NCBI GenBank assembly: GCA_964407865.1
Contig: CAYOXC010000001.1
Coordinates: 1,103 to 65,102 of the forward strand
Length of the DNA: 64,000 nucleotides
Reading direction: 5' to 3'
From: an uncultured Gammaproteobacteria bacterium
GTDB taxonomy: Bacteria; Patescibacteriota; Patescibacteriia; Magasanikbacterales; GWA2-37-8
In this document: positions 28,802 to 36,723 of the stretch, in pieces
How positions within the stretch are numbered: the stretch's first letter is position 1
How the letters are laid out: the number at the start of each line of letters is the position of its first letter
Notes under the pieces: generated by a model
Seen by the model: the letters and a program-made list of their open reading frames with translations, nothing else
The model's database searches: none
Told to the model about the DNA's origin: nothing
Position numbers and translations under genes: made by a program

Positions 28802-28824
28802 TATAATTCAATTTAAAACAGTTA

Positions 28825-28853
28825 AATATAGCACAAAATTGCCTTTTTGTCAA
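28825..28853 (-). promoter_or_regulatory. Sigma-70-like promoter for the GT4 gene
   Basis: On the minus strand: TTGACA, then a 17-nt spacer, then TATATT, ending about 20 nt before the start. Confidence 0.5.
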
Positions 28854-28948
28854 TACTGTAAAATTGCTAACCTTAGCAAAATTAACGATAAAAAGTATTT
28901 GCCATCAGCGCTCTACTCTGCTATAATTAACGCATATTGTGAATTTTC

Positions 28949-29791
28949 ATGATAATTAATGGCAGAAAAATAGCAGAGCAGATAAACATTAATACGGCAA
29001 AAAGGATAAAAAAGCTGATTCAGCATGGCTTTGTTCCTAAAATTGCCGTTATTTTAGTTGGCAGTCGTTCAGAGTCAGAAATTTATGTCAGACAAAAAGA
29101 GTCTTTGGCAAAAAAATTGGGTTTTGCTTTTAACTTGATTCGTTTTTCGGAAAATGCTTCAGAAAAAAAAATTAGCGCCGAATTAATGCATTTACAAAAC
29201 ACAAAAGATATTTCCGGGGTCATTGTTCAACTTCCTTTGCCTGGACGCATTGATGCCTATAGAATATTATCCTGTCTTTTGCCGGAGTATGATATTGATT
29301 GCCTGTCTGATATTAGTTTAGGCCGTTTAATTCTAAGAAATAATTTGGTTGAACCTCCGACGGCCGGTGCAGTGCTAGAAATATTAAAATATTTAAAAAT
29401 AAATTTATCGGGTAAAAAAATTGTTGTGGTCGGTGCGGGACTTTTGGTTGGCAAGCCATTGGTGATGATGCTTATGAATAGCCAGGCTACCGTTTTTGTA
29501 TGCAATTCAGAAACAAGGAATTTAGCCAGTTATTGTAGAGATGCGGATATTATTATTTCAGGCGCTGGTAAGAAAAATTTGATCAAGCCTAGTATGGTGA
29601 AAAAGAATGCTGTAGTAATTGACGCAGGTTTTTCCTATAAAAACGGAAAGGTTTTTGGTGATGCGGCCGTCGCTAAATTGGATAAGAAAGGTGTAAAAGT
29701 AACACCGACACCAGGGGGAGTTGGACCTGTTACTGTGGCTAAACTCATGCGCAATGCAATAATTTGTGCTGAACAAAAATTTCTACACTAA
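28949..29791 (+). CDS. folD: Bifunctional methylene-THF dehydrogenase / methenyl-THF cyclohydrolase
   Basis: KIAVILVGSRSESEIYVRQK and the Rossmann motif VVVGAGLLVGKP. Confidence 0.9.
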   Translation: MIINGRKIAEQININTAKRIKKLIQHGFVPKIAVILVGSRSESEIYVRQKESLAKKLGFAFNLIRFSENASEKKISAELMHLQNTKDISGVIVQLPLPGRIDAYRILSCLLPEYDIDCLSDISLGRLILRNNLVEPPTAGAVLEILKYLKINLSGKKIVVVGAGLLVGKPLVMMLMNSQATVFVCNSETRNLASYCRDADIIISGAGKKNLIKPSMVKKNAVVIDAGFSYKNGKVFGDAAVAKLDKKGVKVTPTPGGVGPVTVAKLMRNAIICAEQKFLH

Positions 29792-29813
29792 TTACTAACT
29801 ACTAAATACTCAC

Positions 29814-30707
29814 ATGTGGTTAATAATAGCCCTAATTGGTTTTACGATTGCCGCAACGGTTAATGTGATGGATAAATACATTTTGGATAAGACGATAAAA
29901 AAATCGGCGGTATTTGTTTTTTATTCTACGGCGCCGGCAATAATTATTTTACTGCTTTTGCCTTGGACCAATAATTTACATAGTAATTGGGATATTATTT
30001 TTGCAGTATTAGCAGGTTCGTCTTTTGTTTTTAGTTTATGGGCATGTTATCAAGGAATCCAGAAAAGCGAAGTTAGTCATATCGGACCCCTGATCGGAGC
30101 GGTTACGCCAATTTTTGTCATTATTTGGAGTTTGATATTTTTTAATGAGATTTTTACTACTAAACAAATTTTTGCCATAACTAGTTTGATTTTTGGTTCA
30201 TTTATAATTGCATCGGAAAAGAGTGTTAAAAATAATGGTTTTCACTCTGGATTTGCCTGGGGAATTTTAGGCGGTTTCCTCGGGTCAATTTTTGGCATTA
30301 CTTCAAAATATTTATACGGAGTCAATGATTTTCTCACAGGTTTTGTCTGGGTTCAAGGAATGGTTGGTATATTTGGTTTGCTTATGATTTTTTCTTTTCA
30401 TGTCCGCCAGTCATTGAAGAAAAAGCCCAAAAAAGAAAAATTGGGTGCTAAGAAAATTGCTTTTATCGTTTTTGATAAAACACTCGGAGTAGTTGTGTTA
30501 GTTTTAATTCAATATGCAGTTGCTTTAGGAAGCGCTGCGATAGTTTACGCCCTAGCTGGCGTGCAGTATGCTTTGTTGGTAATTTTTGTGGCTATTTTAA
30601 GCAAGGTTTGGCCTAAGTTTTATCGCGAAGAATATAGTAAAGTCGAGGTGGTTCAAGAAATAATTGCTGTATTATTTATTGCCTGCGGTTTAGCCTTATT
30701 GGTATAA
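29814..30707 (+). CDS. EamA/DMT-like polytopic membrane protein
   Basis: Ten predicted transmembrane helices in two repeated halves. Confidence 0.5.
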   Translation: MWLIIALIGFTIAATVNVMDKYILDKTIKKSAVFVFYSTAPAIIILLLLPWTNNLHSNWDIIFAVLAGSSFVFSLWACYQGIQKSEVSHIGPLIGAVTPIFVIIWSLIFFNEIFTTKQIFAITSLIFGSFIIASEKSVKNNGFHSGFAWGILGGFLGSIFGITSKYLYGVNDFLTGFVWVQGMVGIFGLLMIFSFHVRQSLKKKPKKEKLGAKKIAFIVFDKTLGVVVLVLIQYAVALGSAAIVYALAGVQYALLVIFVAILSKVWPKFYREEYSKVEVVQEIIAVLFIACGLALLV

Positions 30708-30712
30708 ATTCA

Positions 30713-31717
30713 TTGATTATGAATTTCAAGAAAAATTTTATGGTACCGTTTATAATTATTGTCGGGACAATAGTGATTGTTTGGATTTTATGCTGTTTGC
30801 CTTTGCGCGGTAATCAGGATCAAATTTTTGGCGTTAGTTTTAACCCAGAATACGCTGGATATCTTGGTTATGATTCAATGGATGTGTTTCAGGCCATTCT
30901 CGAAGATTGGCATTTTCGCTATATCCGCCTTTCAGCCCAATGGGATGAGATTGAAGTTAGTCCTAATGTATATGATTTTAAAATATTAAATGACTTGATG
31001 GATGAGGCGGCAAAATACGACGCAAAGGTAGTGCTTGTAGTTGGACAAAAAATTCCACGCTGGCCAGAATGCCACCCGCCAACTTGGGCAGATACTTTGT
31101 CTGACGCTGAGTATCGTGCATCGGTTAAGCGGCTTATCAAAGCAACAATAAATCAGTTTAAAGACCATCCAGCTTTGGAAATGTGGCAAATCGAAAACGA
31201 GCCACTGTTTGCGTTTGGAGAATGCCGTTCTTTTGATAAAGCCATGTTAGCTTCTGAAATAAGCATGGTTAGAGAGTTGGATCCTAATCATAAAATAATG
31301 ATAACGGATAGCGGTGAATTAAGCTCGTGGCGTAATACCGCTAAGGCAGGGGATATTTTTGGCACCACGCTATATCGCGTAGTTTGGCATAAAAGCTTTG
31401 GTTATTTGGCTTATGATTTTATTCCGCCGGTTTTTTATCGCTTTAAACTTTGGCTTACCGGTCAAACTAAGGAAAATTCTATGGTCTCTGAACTTCAAGC
31501 TGAGCCTTGGATACCCGATCATGATATAAATAAATTAGATCTGGATGAGCAGTATCGGTCAATGAATCTTGAGCGTTTACAAAAAAATGTTAAATTTTCT
31601 CAACGCGTCGGTTTTTCACGGGCATATCTTTGGGGGGCTGAATGGTGGTATTGGATAAATGAAAAACATGGAGTATCGGATTTTATAGAATATGCGAAGA
31701 CGCTAAAAAAGGAATGA
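30713..31717 (+). CDS. Membrane-anchored TIM-barrel glycoside-hydrolase-like protein
   Basis: N-terminal transmembrane helix, a WQIENEP motif (the NEP catalytic acid/base motif of clan GH-A), and aromatic-rich barrel strands. Confidence 0.55.
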   Translation: MIMNFKKNFMVPFIIIVGTIVIVWILCCLPLRGNQDQIFGVSFNPEYAGYLGYDSMDVFQAILEDWHFRYIRLSAQWDEIEVSPNVYDFKILNDLMDEAAKYDAKVVLVVGQKIPRWPECHPPTWADTLSDAEYRASVKRLIKATINQFKDHPALEMWQIENEPLFAFGECRSFDKAMLASEISMVRELDPNHKIMITDSGELSSWRNTAKAGDIFGTTLYRVVWHKSFGYLAYDFIPPVFYRFKLWLTGQTKENSMVSELQAEPWIPDHDINKLDLDEQYRSMNLERLQKNVKFSQRVGFSRAYLWGAEWWYWINEKHGVSDFIEYAKTLKKE

Positions 31718-31720
31718 TTG

Positions 31721-31749
31721 TTGACACAATGGGTTTTATCAGATATTAT
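31721..31749 (+). promoter_or_regulatory. Canonical promoter driving the tRNA-Val locus
   Basis: TTGACA, then a 17-nt spacer, then TATTAT. The -10 element ends 12 nt before the tRNA-like 5' fragment. Confidence 0.55.
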
Positions 31750-31761
31750 GCGCTATAAATT

Positions 31762-31836
31762 GCACGCTTAGCTCAGCTGGTTACCCGCCCGTACCGAACG
31801 GGTACGTTCGGGCGGGGAGCACTTCATTATGAGGAG
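31762..31836 (+). pseudogene. tRNA-Val-like 5' fragment with a 33-nt GC-rich hairpin inserted in the D-loop
   Basis: GCACGCT-TA-GCTC-AGCTGGTTA-[CCCGCCCGTACCGAACGGGTACGTTCGGGCGGG]-GAGC-A-CTTCATTATGAGGAG. It is near-identical to the 5' third of the intact tRNA-Val (GCACGCC-TA-GCTC-AGCTGGTTA-GAGC). It has no T-arm. Confidence 0.45.
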
Positions 31837-31918
31837 TTTGACAGTTTTGAAGAAGCTAGAAAAAGAGAAAAATATTTTAAAACAGCTGCTGTAAGAAGGT
31901 ATATTAAAAATTTAAATA

Positions 31919-31992
31919 AGCACGCCTAGCTCAGCTGGTTAGAGCACCTCGTTTACACCGAGGGGGTCAGGGGTTCGAATCCCTTGGCGTGC
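31919..31992 (+). tRNA. tRNA-Val (anticodon TAC)
   Basis: Hand-folded cloverleaf: acceptor GCACGCC/GGCGTGC, D-arm GCTC-AGCTGGTTA-GAGC, anticodon arm CCTCG-TTTACAC-CGAGG, T-arm AGGGG-TTCGAAT-CCCTT, discriminator A. CCA is not encoded. Confidence 0.9.
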
Positions 31993-32165
31993 ACAATTGC
32001 GACCCAATAGTTTGGGTCGCAAAGGGATTCGAACGCCGGAGCGATGTCGTGCGACGCAGAAGGGCGAGCACGACCCTGCCTGCCGGCAGGCAGGCGCGAG
32101 GTGGTGGCCAGGCCGAGCGAGTGGAAGTGAGCGAGAGCCGAGGCCGAATCCCTTGGCGTGCACAA
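31993..32165 (+). other. Structured GC-rich tail of the tRNA-Val locus
   Basis: Components in order: a perfect hairpin GCGACCCAA-TAG-TTGGGTCGC; an inverted copy of the tRNA T-arm (AAAGGGATTCGAACGCC); about 105 nt at roughly 65% GC with internal stems (GTCGTGC...GCACGAC, CCTGCCTGCC/GGCAGGCAGG); then a 22-nt direct repeat of the tRNA 3' end. Confidence 0.5.
32144..32165 (+). repeat. 22-nt direct repeat of the tRNA-Val 3' end (att-core-like)
   Basis: CGAATCCCTTGGCGTGCACAAT is identical to 31975-31996. Confidence 0.6.
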
Positions 32166-32174
32166 TAAAAACAC

Positions 32175-32210
32175 GATCCTTTCTTAATCTGATTTAGGAA
32201 AGGGTTTTTT
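32175..32210 (+). terminator. Rho-independent terminator closing the tRNA-Val unit
   Basis: CCTTTCT...AGGAAAGG stem followed by TTTTTTATTT. Confidence 0.5.
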
Positions 32211-32244
32211 ATTTAAGCCAAATATTATGCTATAATAAACATCT

Positions 32245-33420
32245 ATGAATAACATAAAAAATCGGCCTGTTGTTTTACATCAGGGTGTATATAAAAGAAC
32301 AGCTTCAACTTCAGAGGCGGTTTTTATGATTACAGGCATGACTATTGGCGCCGGGGTACTTGGTTTGCCATATGTTATAGCCAGGAGCGGACTTGCCATA
32401 GGTCTCATCATGATCCTTGTTTGGGGCTTGGTTATGTTGCTTTTAAACTTGATGTTAGGCGAAATTGCCGTGCGCACTCGTAACAATTTTCAACTGCCGG
32501 GTTTTGCTGGAAAGTATTTAGGGCCATGGGCAAAAGGTATTCTTAGCATAATTATAATTTTTAGCGGTTTTGGCGCACTACTAGCTTATGTGATTGGCGA
32601 GGGTCAGGTTTTATCCGAGATATTTGGAGGAATGCCAGCTTGGTGGAGTGTGTTTTTCTGGACAATCGGCAGTATAATTATTTGGTTTGGGTTACAGACG
32701 GCCAAGTTGTTTGAAAGAATTTTGAGTTTATCCGTCATTATTTTAATTGCCGGTCTATCGTTATTTTTGTTGCCTAAAATTAATCCGGTTAATTTAGCCT
32801 ATACTGATTTAACCAATTTCTTTTTACCTTTTGGAGTAATTTTATTTGCCCTTCATGCTAGTCCATCCATTGCTGAAGCGCACGCTCTTTTGCCGGGCTC
32901 TGAAAAACGTTTCAGAAAAGCGATAATCATAGGAACTTTGATACCGGTAGCGGTCTATTTACTTTTTTGTTTGGCTGTTGTTGGATATTTTGGATTAAAC
33001 ACTAGTGAAGTGGCTACGGTTGGATTGGGCCATGCTTTTGGTCCGGGAGTGGTAATTTTAGCCAATGTTTTTGCATCTTTTGCTATGGCAACTTGTTTTA
33101 TGGGGCTTGGTATTGCGTTAAAGCAGAGTTTTGTTTGGGATCACAAAATTAGCCCGCATTTAGCTGAATTTACAGTCGTTGTTGTTCCAATCCTATTGTT
33201 TCTTTTTGGTTTTAGAAGCTTTGTGAAAGTTATTGATTTGGTCGGGGGTTTATTTATCGGTTTAGAGTCATTGATGATTGTTTTAATTTGTTATAAAGCT
33301 AGAAAAGCCGGCGATCTAACCGCTGACAGATATGGATTAAAAAATTTTTGGCTTATCGCTGTGCCGGTAATAGCTTTTTTTCTTACCGCTACAATATATT
33401 CAGTGATTCGCTTTTTTTAA
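32245..33420 (+). CDS. Amino-acid permease (HAAAP / aromatic amino-acid transporter-like)
   Basis: Eleven transmembrane helices and the N-terminal signature ITGMTIGAGVLGLPYVIARSG. Confidence 0.65.
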   Translation: MNNIKNRPVVLHQGVYKRTASTSEAVFMITGMTIGAGVLGLPYVIARSGLAIGLIMILVWGLVMLLLNLMLGEIAVRTRNNFQLPGFAGKYLGPWAKGILSIIIIFSGFGALLAYVIGEGQVLSEIFGGMPAWWSVFFWTIGSIIIWFGLQTAKLFERILSLSVIILIAGLSLFLLPKINPVNLAYTDLTNFFLPFGVILFALHASPSIAEAHALLPGSEKRFRKAIIIGTLIPVAVYLLFCLAVVGYFGLNTSEVATVGLGHAFGPGVVILANVFASFAMATCFMGLGIALKQSFVWDHKISPHLAEFTVVVVPILLFLFGFRSFVKVIDLVGGLFIGLESLMIVLICYKARKAGDLTADRYGLKNFWLIAVPVIAFFLTATIYSVIRFF

Positions 33421-33435
33421 TAAATAGTTAGATAA

Positions 33436-33469
33436 TAAAAAAGAACCCAACTAGGTTCTTTTTTTTTAT
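33436..33469. terminator. Bidirectional terminator
   Basis: A6-AGAACC-caacta-GGTTCT-T9. Confidence 0.5.
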
Positions 33470-33477
33470 TACTATTT

Positions 33478-35274
33478 TTATTGGCTTACTTCTGGTTTGG
33501 CCGCTGAACCTTGGTCTTCATCAGATAGGCTGTTATCTAGTTCACCACGGATTAGTTGTAGTTTTTTGCCGGTAATATCATCGTCAGCAGTAAAGTTAAT
33601 GCTTTTTACTAATACTATTTTTTTGCCAAGCTGGGCCATTGTTGGTTTAACTGCAACCTCAAAATATAGGCCGATGTTGCTTAAATCAGCAGCATAGCCA
33701 TGATCCCAACTCATAATATTTGAGGATTTATTGTAAGTCATCTCAGACCCAACTGACACGCTTTGTTTTCCCGTAAATTCGACTCCATCACCTAAAATAG
33801 CACTAAAATTATTGTTAACAATGGCATTTACTCCGTTTTCAATTTCTATAAAAATCCAATATTTAGTAGTATCGCCGATAATAGGAGGTAGTGGTCCTCG
33901 ACCGAGCTGATCGCCGCCTTCTGTGTAATAAACTGGCCTGATTTTCCAGCCTATCTGAGTAGCCAGCGGTAAGCGTACTATCTCCGAACTGGTTTGGCTG
34001 AATTTTTGATCAGGCATTTCCGGCAATTCAGCCTCGCTTACAATTTGTATTTCTAGCTGTCCATGATCATCAGTACGGAAAAATGATAAAAGTTTTAAGT
34101 TAATTACAAATTCATCAGACGACCCAGGGGCGCTTGAGGAAAGCGAACTCCGTGTAGTCTTGTCTGCAATCAATTCACCGTTTTCTAGTTTAAGGCGGTT
34201 TTGGGCGGCTGTGGCTCGAAGATCAACTACTCCAGGCGTAGTTGAAATACGCAGGCGCACATTTTTTAAGGTGTACTGTCCTGAGTTGTTCCAATATAGG
34301 CGTACCGGCACTGTATCGTTTGCATCAGCAAAACTATTAGTAAATACAGATTTAAGTCCGGTTGATATTGTTGGACTAATAACATTGATTTCTTTTTCAA
34401 GTGTTTGAAAACGAATTGTCTCGTTGTTAACAAGAATATCAAAATTAAATCTTAATGAGTGTGATCCTGTTTCATTCGGAGCGGTGAGCGATCCGGCAAA
34501 AGCCTTTGTTTCTCCAGGGGAGAGCGTGATATTCTGCAACTCCTCATTTTTAGTGAAATTGTATTTAGCTTCACTTTTTAATGAGAAGTTTGTTAGCGTG
34601 GTTTGACCCGTATTTTTTAGTGCCAGAGTTATTGGCATTTCATGGCCGGGTAAGGTAGTTGAAGATATTCTAATTTCCGGCAACAGTGTTGAGCCGACAG
34701 TTTTAAAAAATGCGGCGCTAATTTTTTGTTCCTTGTTATTTTTATTCTCAGGACGATAAGAAAGAAATGCTGAAATTTTCTCCTCGACATTTGGTTCGGC
34801 AAAAATTATGCCGCTGATTTCCACTTTGCCACTTGCCCCGGGTGCAATTTTCCCAATCACCTGAGTGTTCTCATTAGAGAATACACTTTCAGGCGTTTTA
34901 GAGCGATCAATAATAAATCCTTTTGGAAGATGCAGTGCCAATACAACCGCGTCTAAATAGTGCTTGCTGCGGTTTTTGTATCCAACAGTTAAGGTCATCT
35001 CATGACCGCTCAATAACCGTTCGTTGGCGCCAAAAGAAAATTCAATGTCAATCAAGTCAGTAATAGTTGGTTTCCAGAAAAAGAAAAAAAGGCTGGCGCC
35101 AAGTAATATAATAGAACAAAACAAAAGCACCAGGTCAAAAACAAACAATTTTTCTGCCTGTCGGTATTTGCCGTGATAACGAGAGTGGTAGTGATGATGA
35201 AAAAATTTGTATATCGCCTTATGCATAGATGAAGTATTTCTATGTATTATAGTATTTTTAATTAACTTGGTCAA
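33478..35274 (-). CDS. Hypothetical membrane-anchored beta-rich extracellular protein
   Basis: His-rich cytoplasmic N-terminus, one transmembrane helix, and about 520 aa of Thr/Ser/Asn-rich beta-type sequence. An alternative start lies at 35226. Confidence 0.55.
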   Translation of the reverse strand: MTKLIKNTIIHRNTSSMHKAIYKFFHHHYHSRYHGKYRQAEKLFVFDLVLLFCSIILLGASLFFFFWKPTITDLIDIEFSFGANERLLSGHEMTLTVGYKNRSKHYLDAVVLALHLPKGFIIDRSKTPESVFSNENTQVIGKIAPGASGKVEISGIIFAEPNVEEKISAFLSYRPENKNNKEQKISAAFFKTVGSTLLPEIRISSTTLPGHEMPITLALKNTGQTTLTNFSLKSEAKYNFTKNEELQNITLSPGETKAFAGSLTAPNETGSHSLRFNFDILVNNETIRFQTLEKEINVISPTISTGLKSVFTNSFADANDTVPVRLYWNNSGQYTLKNVRLRISTTPGVVDLRATAAQNRLKLENGELIADKTTRSSLSSSAPGSSDEFVINLKLLSFFRTDDHGQLEIQIVSEAELPEMPDQKFSQTSSEIVRLPLATQIGWKIRPVYYTEGGDQLGRGPLPPIIGDTTKYWIFIEIENGVNAIVNNNFSAILGDGVEFTGKQSVSVGSEMTYNKSSNIMSWDHGYAADLSNIGLYFEVAVKPTMAQLGKKIVLVKSINFTADDDITGKKLQLIRGELDNSLSDEDQGSAAKPEVSQ

Positions 35275-35322
35275 AACAAGTTAATATATAAGTCAACTCC
35301 TAGGCGTGGCGCGTACAAAAAA

Positions 35323-35350
35323 CCCTGCTTCAGGCAGGGTATTATTTTTT
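35323..35350. terminator. Bidirectional terminator between the HTH gene and the 598-aa gene
   Basis: CCCTGC-TTCA-GGCAGGG flanked by A and T runs. Confidence 0.5.
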
Positions 35351-35653
35351 ATCTGATTTTTTGAGCGATTTTGGGTTGGGGGAGTAAAGAGGGTTTTTTA
35401 TGCGCCAACGCTCGACATATTGGCCTATTCCCCGGCTAGCAAGTTTGTTTTTTATGGTTGTGCGACGTTGAGACCATTTAACCAGGCTTTCAAAATTGAT
35501 CTTATATCTGCCTGATACAACAGCATAAGTTATTTCTTGTGCGGCAATAGCCCTTCTTACTGTTTGCGAATTTACACCAAATAGTTTTGCTGCTTCTGAA
35601 ACAGATAATCGAATTATTTCTTTTTGATCCTTTTTAGGCGGGATTTTAGCCAT
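35342..35653 (-). CDS. Small HTH DNA-binding protein (excisionase / MerR-like HTH_17 type)
   Basis: LSVSEAAKLFGVNSQTVRRAI helix-turn-helix. The ATG at 35653 is the likely start; the ORF track's 35677 is a TTG upstream. Confidence 0.7.
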   Translation of the reverse strand: MAKIPPKKDQKEIIRLSVSEAAKLFGVNSQTVRRAIAAQEITYAVVSGRYKINFESLVKWSQRRTTIKNKLASRGIGQYVERWRIKNPLYSPNPKSLKKSDKK

Positions 35654-35654
35654 A

Positions 35655-35678
35655 TTTGTATAGATAAGTATATACAAA
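35655..35678. promoter_or_regulatory. Operator-like palindrome P1 (TTTGTATA-N8-TATACAAA), abutting the HTH gene start
   Basis: tttgtatagataagtatatacaaa. Confidence 0.5.
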
Positions 35679-35750
35679 TGATATCATGTAGCGAATCTTT
35701 GTCAATAGTCAATTATGTGTCCTGAAAATAGATAATATATGATATATTTT

Positions 35751-35782
35751 ACTGTTTGTATACACTTGTGTATACAAACAGT
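35751..35782. promoter_or_regulatory. Operator-like palindrome P2; perfect 14-bp arms
   Basis: ACTGTTTGTATACA-cttg-TGTATACAAACAGT. Confidence 0.5.
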
Positions 35783-35832
35783 AATAGAAATGAATAACGA
35801 TAAATAGCTTAAACTAGCAAAATTATATATTT

Positions 35833-35856
35833 TTTGTATAGACTAGTCTATACAAA
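35833..35856. promoter_or_regulatory. Operator-like palindrome P3; perfect 12-bp arms
   Basis: TTTGTATAGACT / AGTCTATACAAA. Confidence 0.5.
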
Positions 35857-36120
35857 TTAGAATTTATCTCGCCTTATCTATTTATCGCTGGCAATTATCC
35901 GTTGATTATTTTATCAGTAATTCAGTAATCCTGAAACAGCTTAGTAGTTATGTATGAAACAATTCATCCACTATTTATGACATATTGACAATATGGTTTT
36001 TAAAATATATCATTATTAAAGATTTATTACTTTTTCACTAATTTGACCGTGTTTTTCGGTCAATTTTATTTAAAGGTAAAGCAGTGGTGTAACTTTTTTC
36101 CATTTTATCCGTCTTCTATA

Positions 36121-36705
36121 ATGACAGGAAAAATATCGGAAAAATTACTACTTTATCGGTTGCAAGCCAAGCAAGATCCTGATGCTTTTGCCGAGCTCTA
36201 CGATTTATATGTAAAACGAATATATCGCTTCGTTTTTTTTAAGGTATCCGGACACGAGGAGGCAGAAGATATAACTTCTGAAGTTTTCTTGCGCACCTGG
36301 AACTATTTAGCTGAGGGCAAAGAGATAACAAGTTTTAGCGGGTTATTATATCGTACGGCGCGAAACTGCATTATCGACCTTTATCGTTCCAAGTCCTATC
36401 AGGCAAACCCACTGCTCCTTTCAGAATTACCAGAAGGCACAGAGCCGAGCGATATGGGAAGATCGGTTGAACTAATTTCAAGCACTATGGGGGCGGCTGA
36501 AATTATAAAAGCTATAAAAAAGATGAAACAGGAGTACCAGGAAATATTGACGCTTAAATATATTGATGAATTATCCACGGAAGAAATAGCTGAAATAGTC
36601 GGTAAGGGAAAAATCGCGGTCAGGGTAACATTGCACCGAGCATTAAAACGTTTAAAAAAATTATTATCGCAACCTGTTCAGGAAGAAAAAAAACCGTCGG
36701 CATAG
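36121..36705 (+). CDS. ECF-type sigma-70 family factor
   Basis: Region 2 (AFAELYDLYVKRIYRFVFFKV...EDITSEVFLRTW) and a region 4 HTH (EEIAEIVGKGKIAVRVTLHRALKRLKK). The ORF-track start at 36043 adds 26 residues that look unlikely. Confidence 0.8.
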   Translation: MTGKISEKLLLYRLQAKQDPDAFAELYDLYVKRIYRFVFFKVSGHEEAEDITSEVFLRTWNYLAEGKEITSFSGLLYRTARNCIIDLYRSKSYQANPLLLSELPEGTEPSDMGRSVELISSTMGAAEIIKAIKKMKQEYQEILTLKYIDELSTEEIAEIVGKGKIAVRVTLHRALKRLKKLLSQPVQEEKKPSA

Positions 36706-36723
36706 TTTGCTAACTATCGACCA

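Noticed and set aside
32038-32142. GC-rich ~105-nt segment considered as a 4.5S/SRP RNA because of a GGAAG...AGC-like stretch
   Set aside because: The candidate domain-IV region does not fold into the required hairpin. GAGCGAG occurs as direct rather than inverted repeats. The conserved symmetric-loop pairing is also absent.
31939-32197. Three overlapping ORFs (66-74 aa) over the tRNA-Val tail
   Set aside because: They arise only because the segment is GC-rich and stop-poor. The region is better explained as structured RNA and repeats, with tRNA-derived sequence, hairpins and direct repeats.
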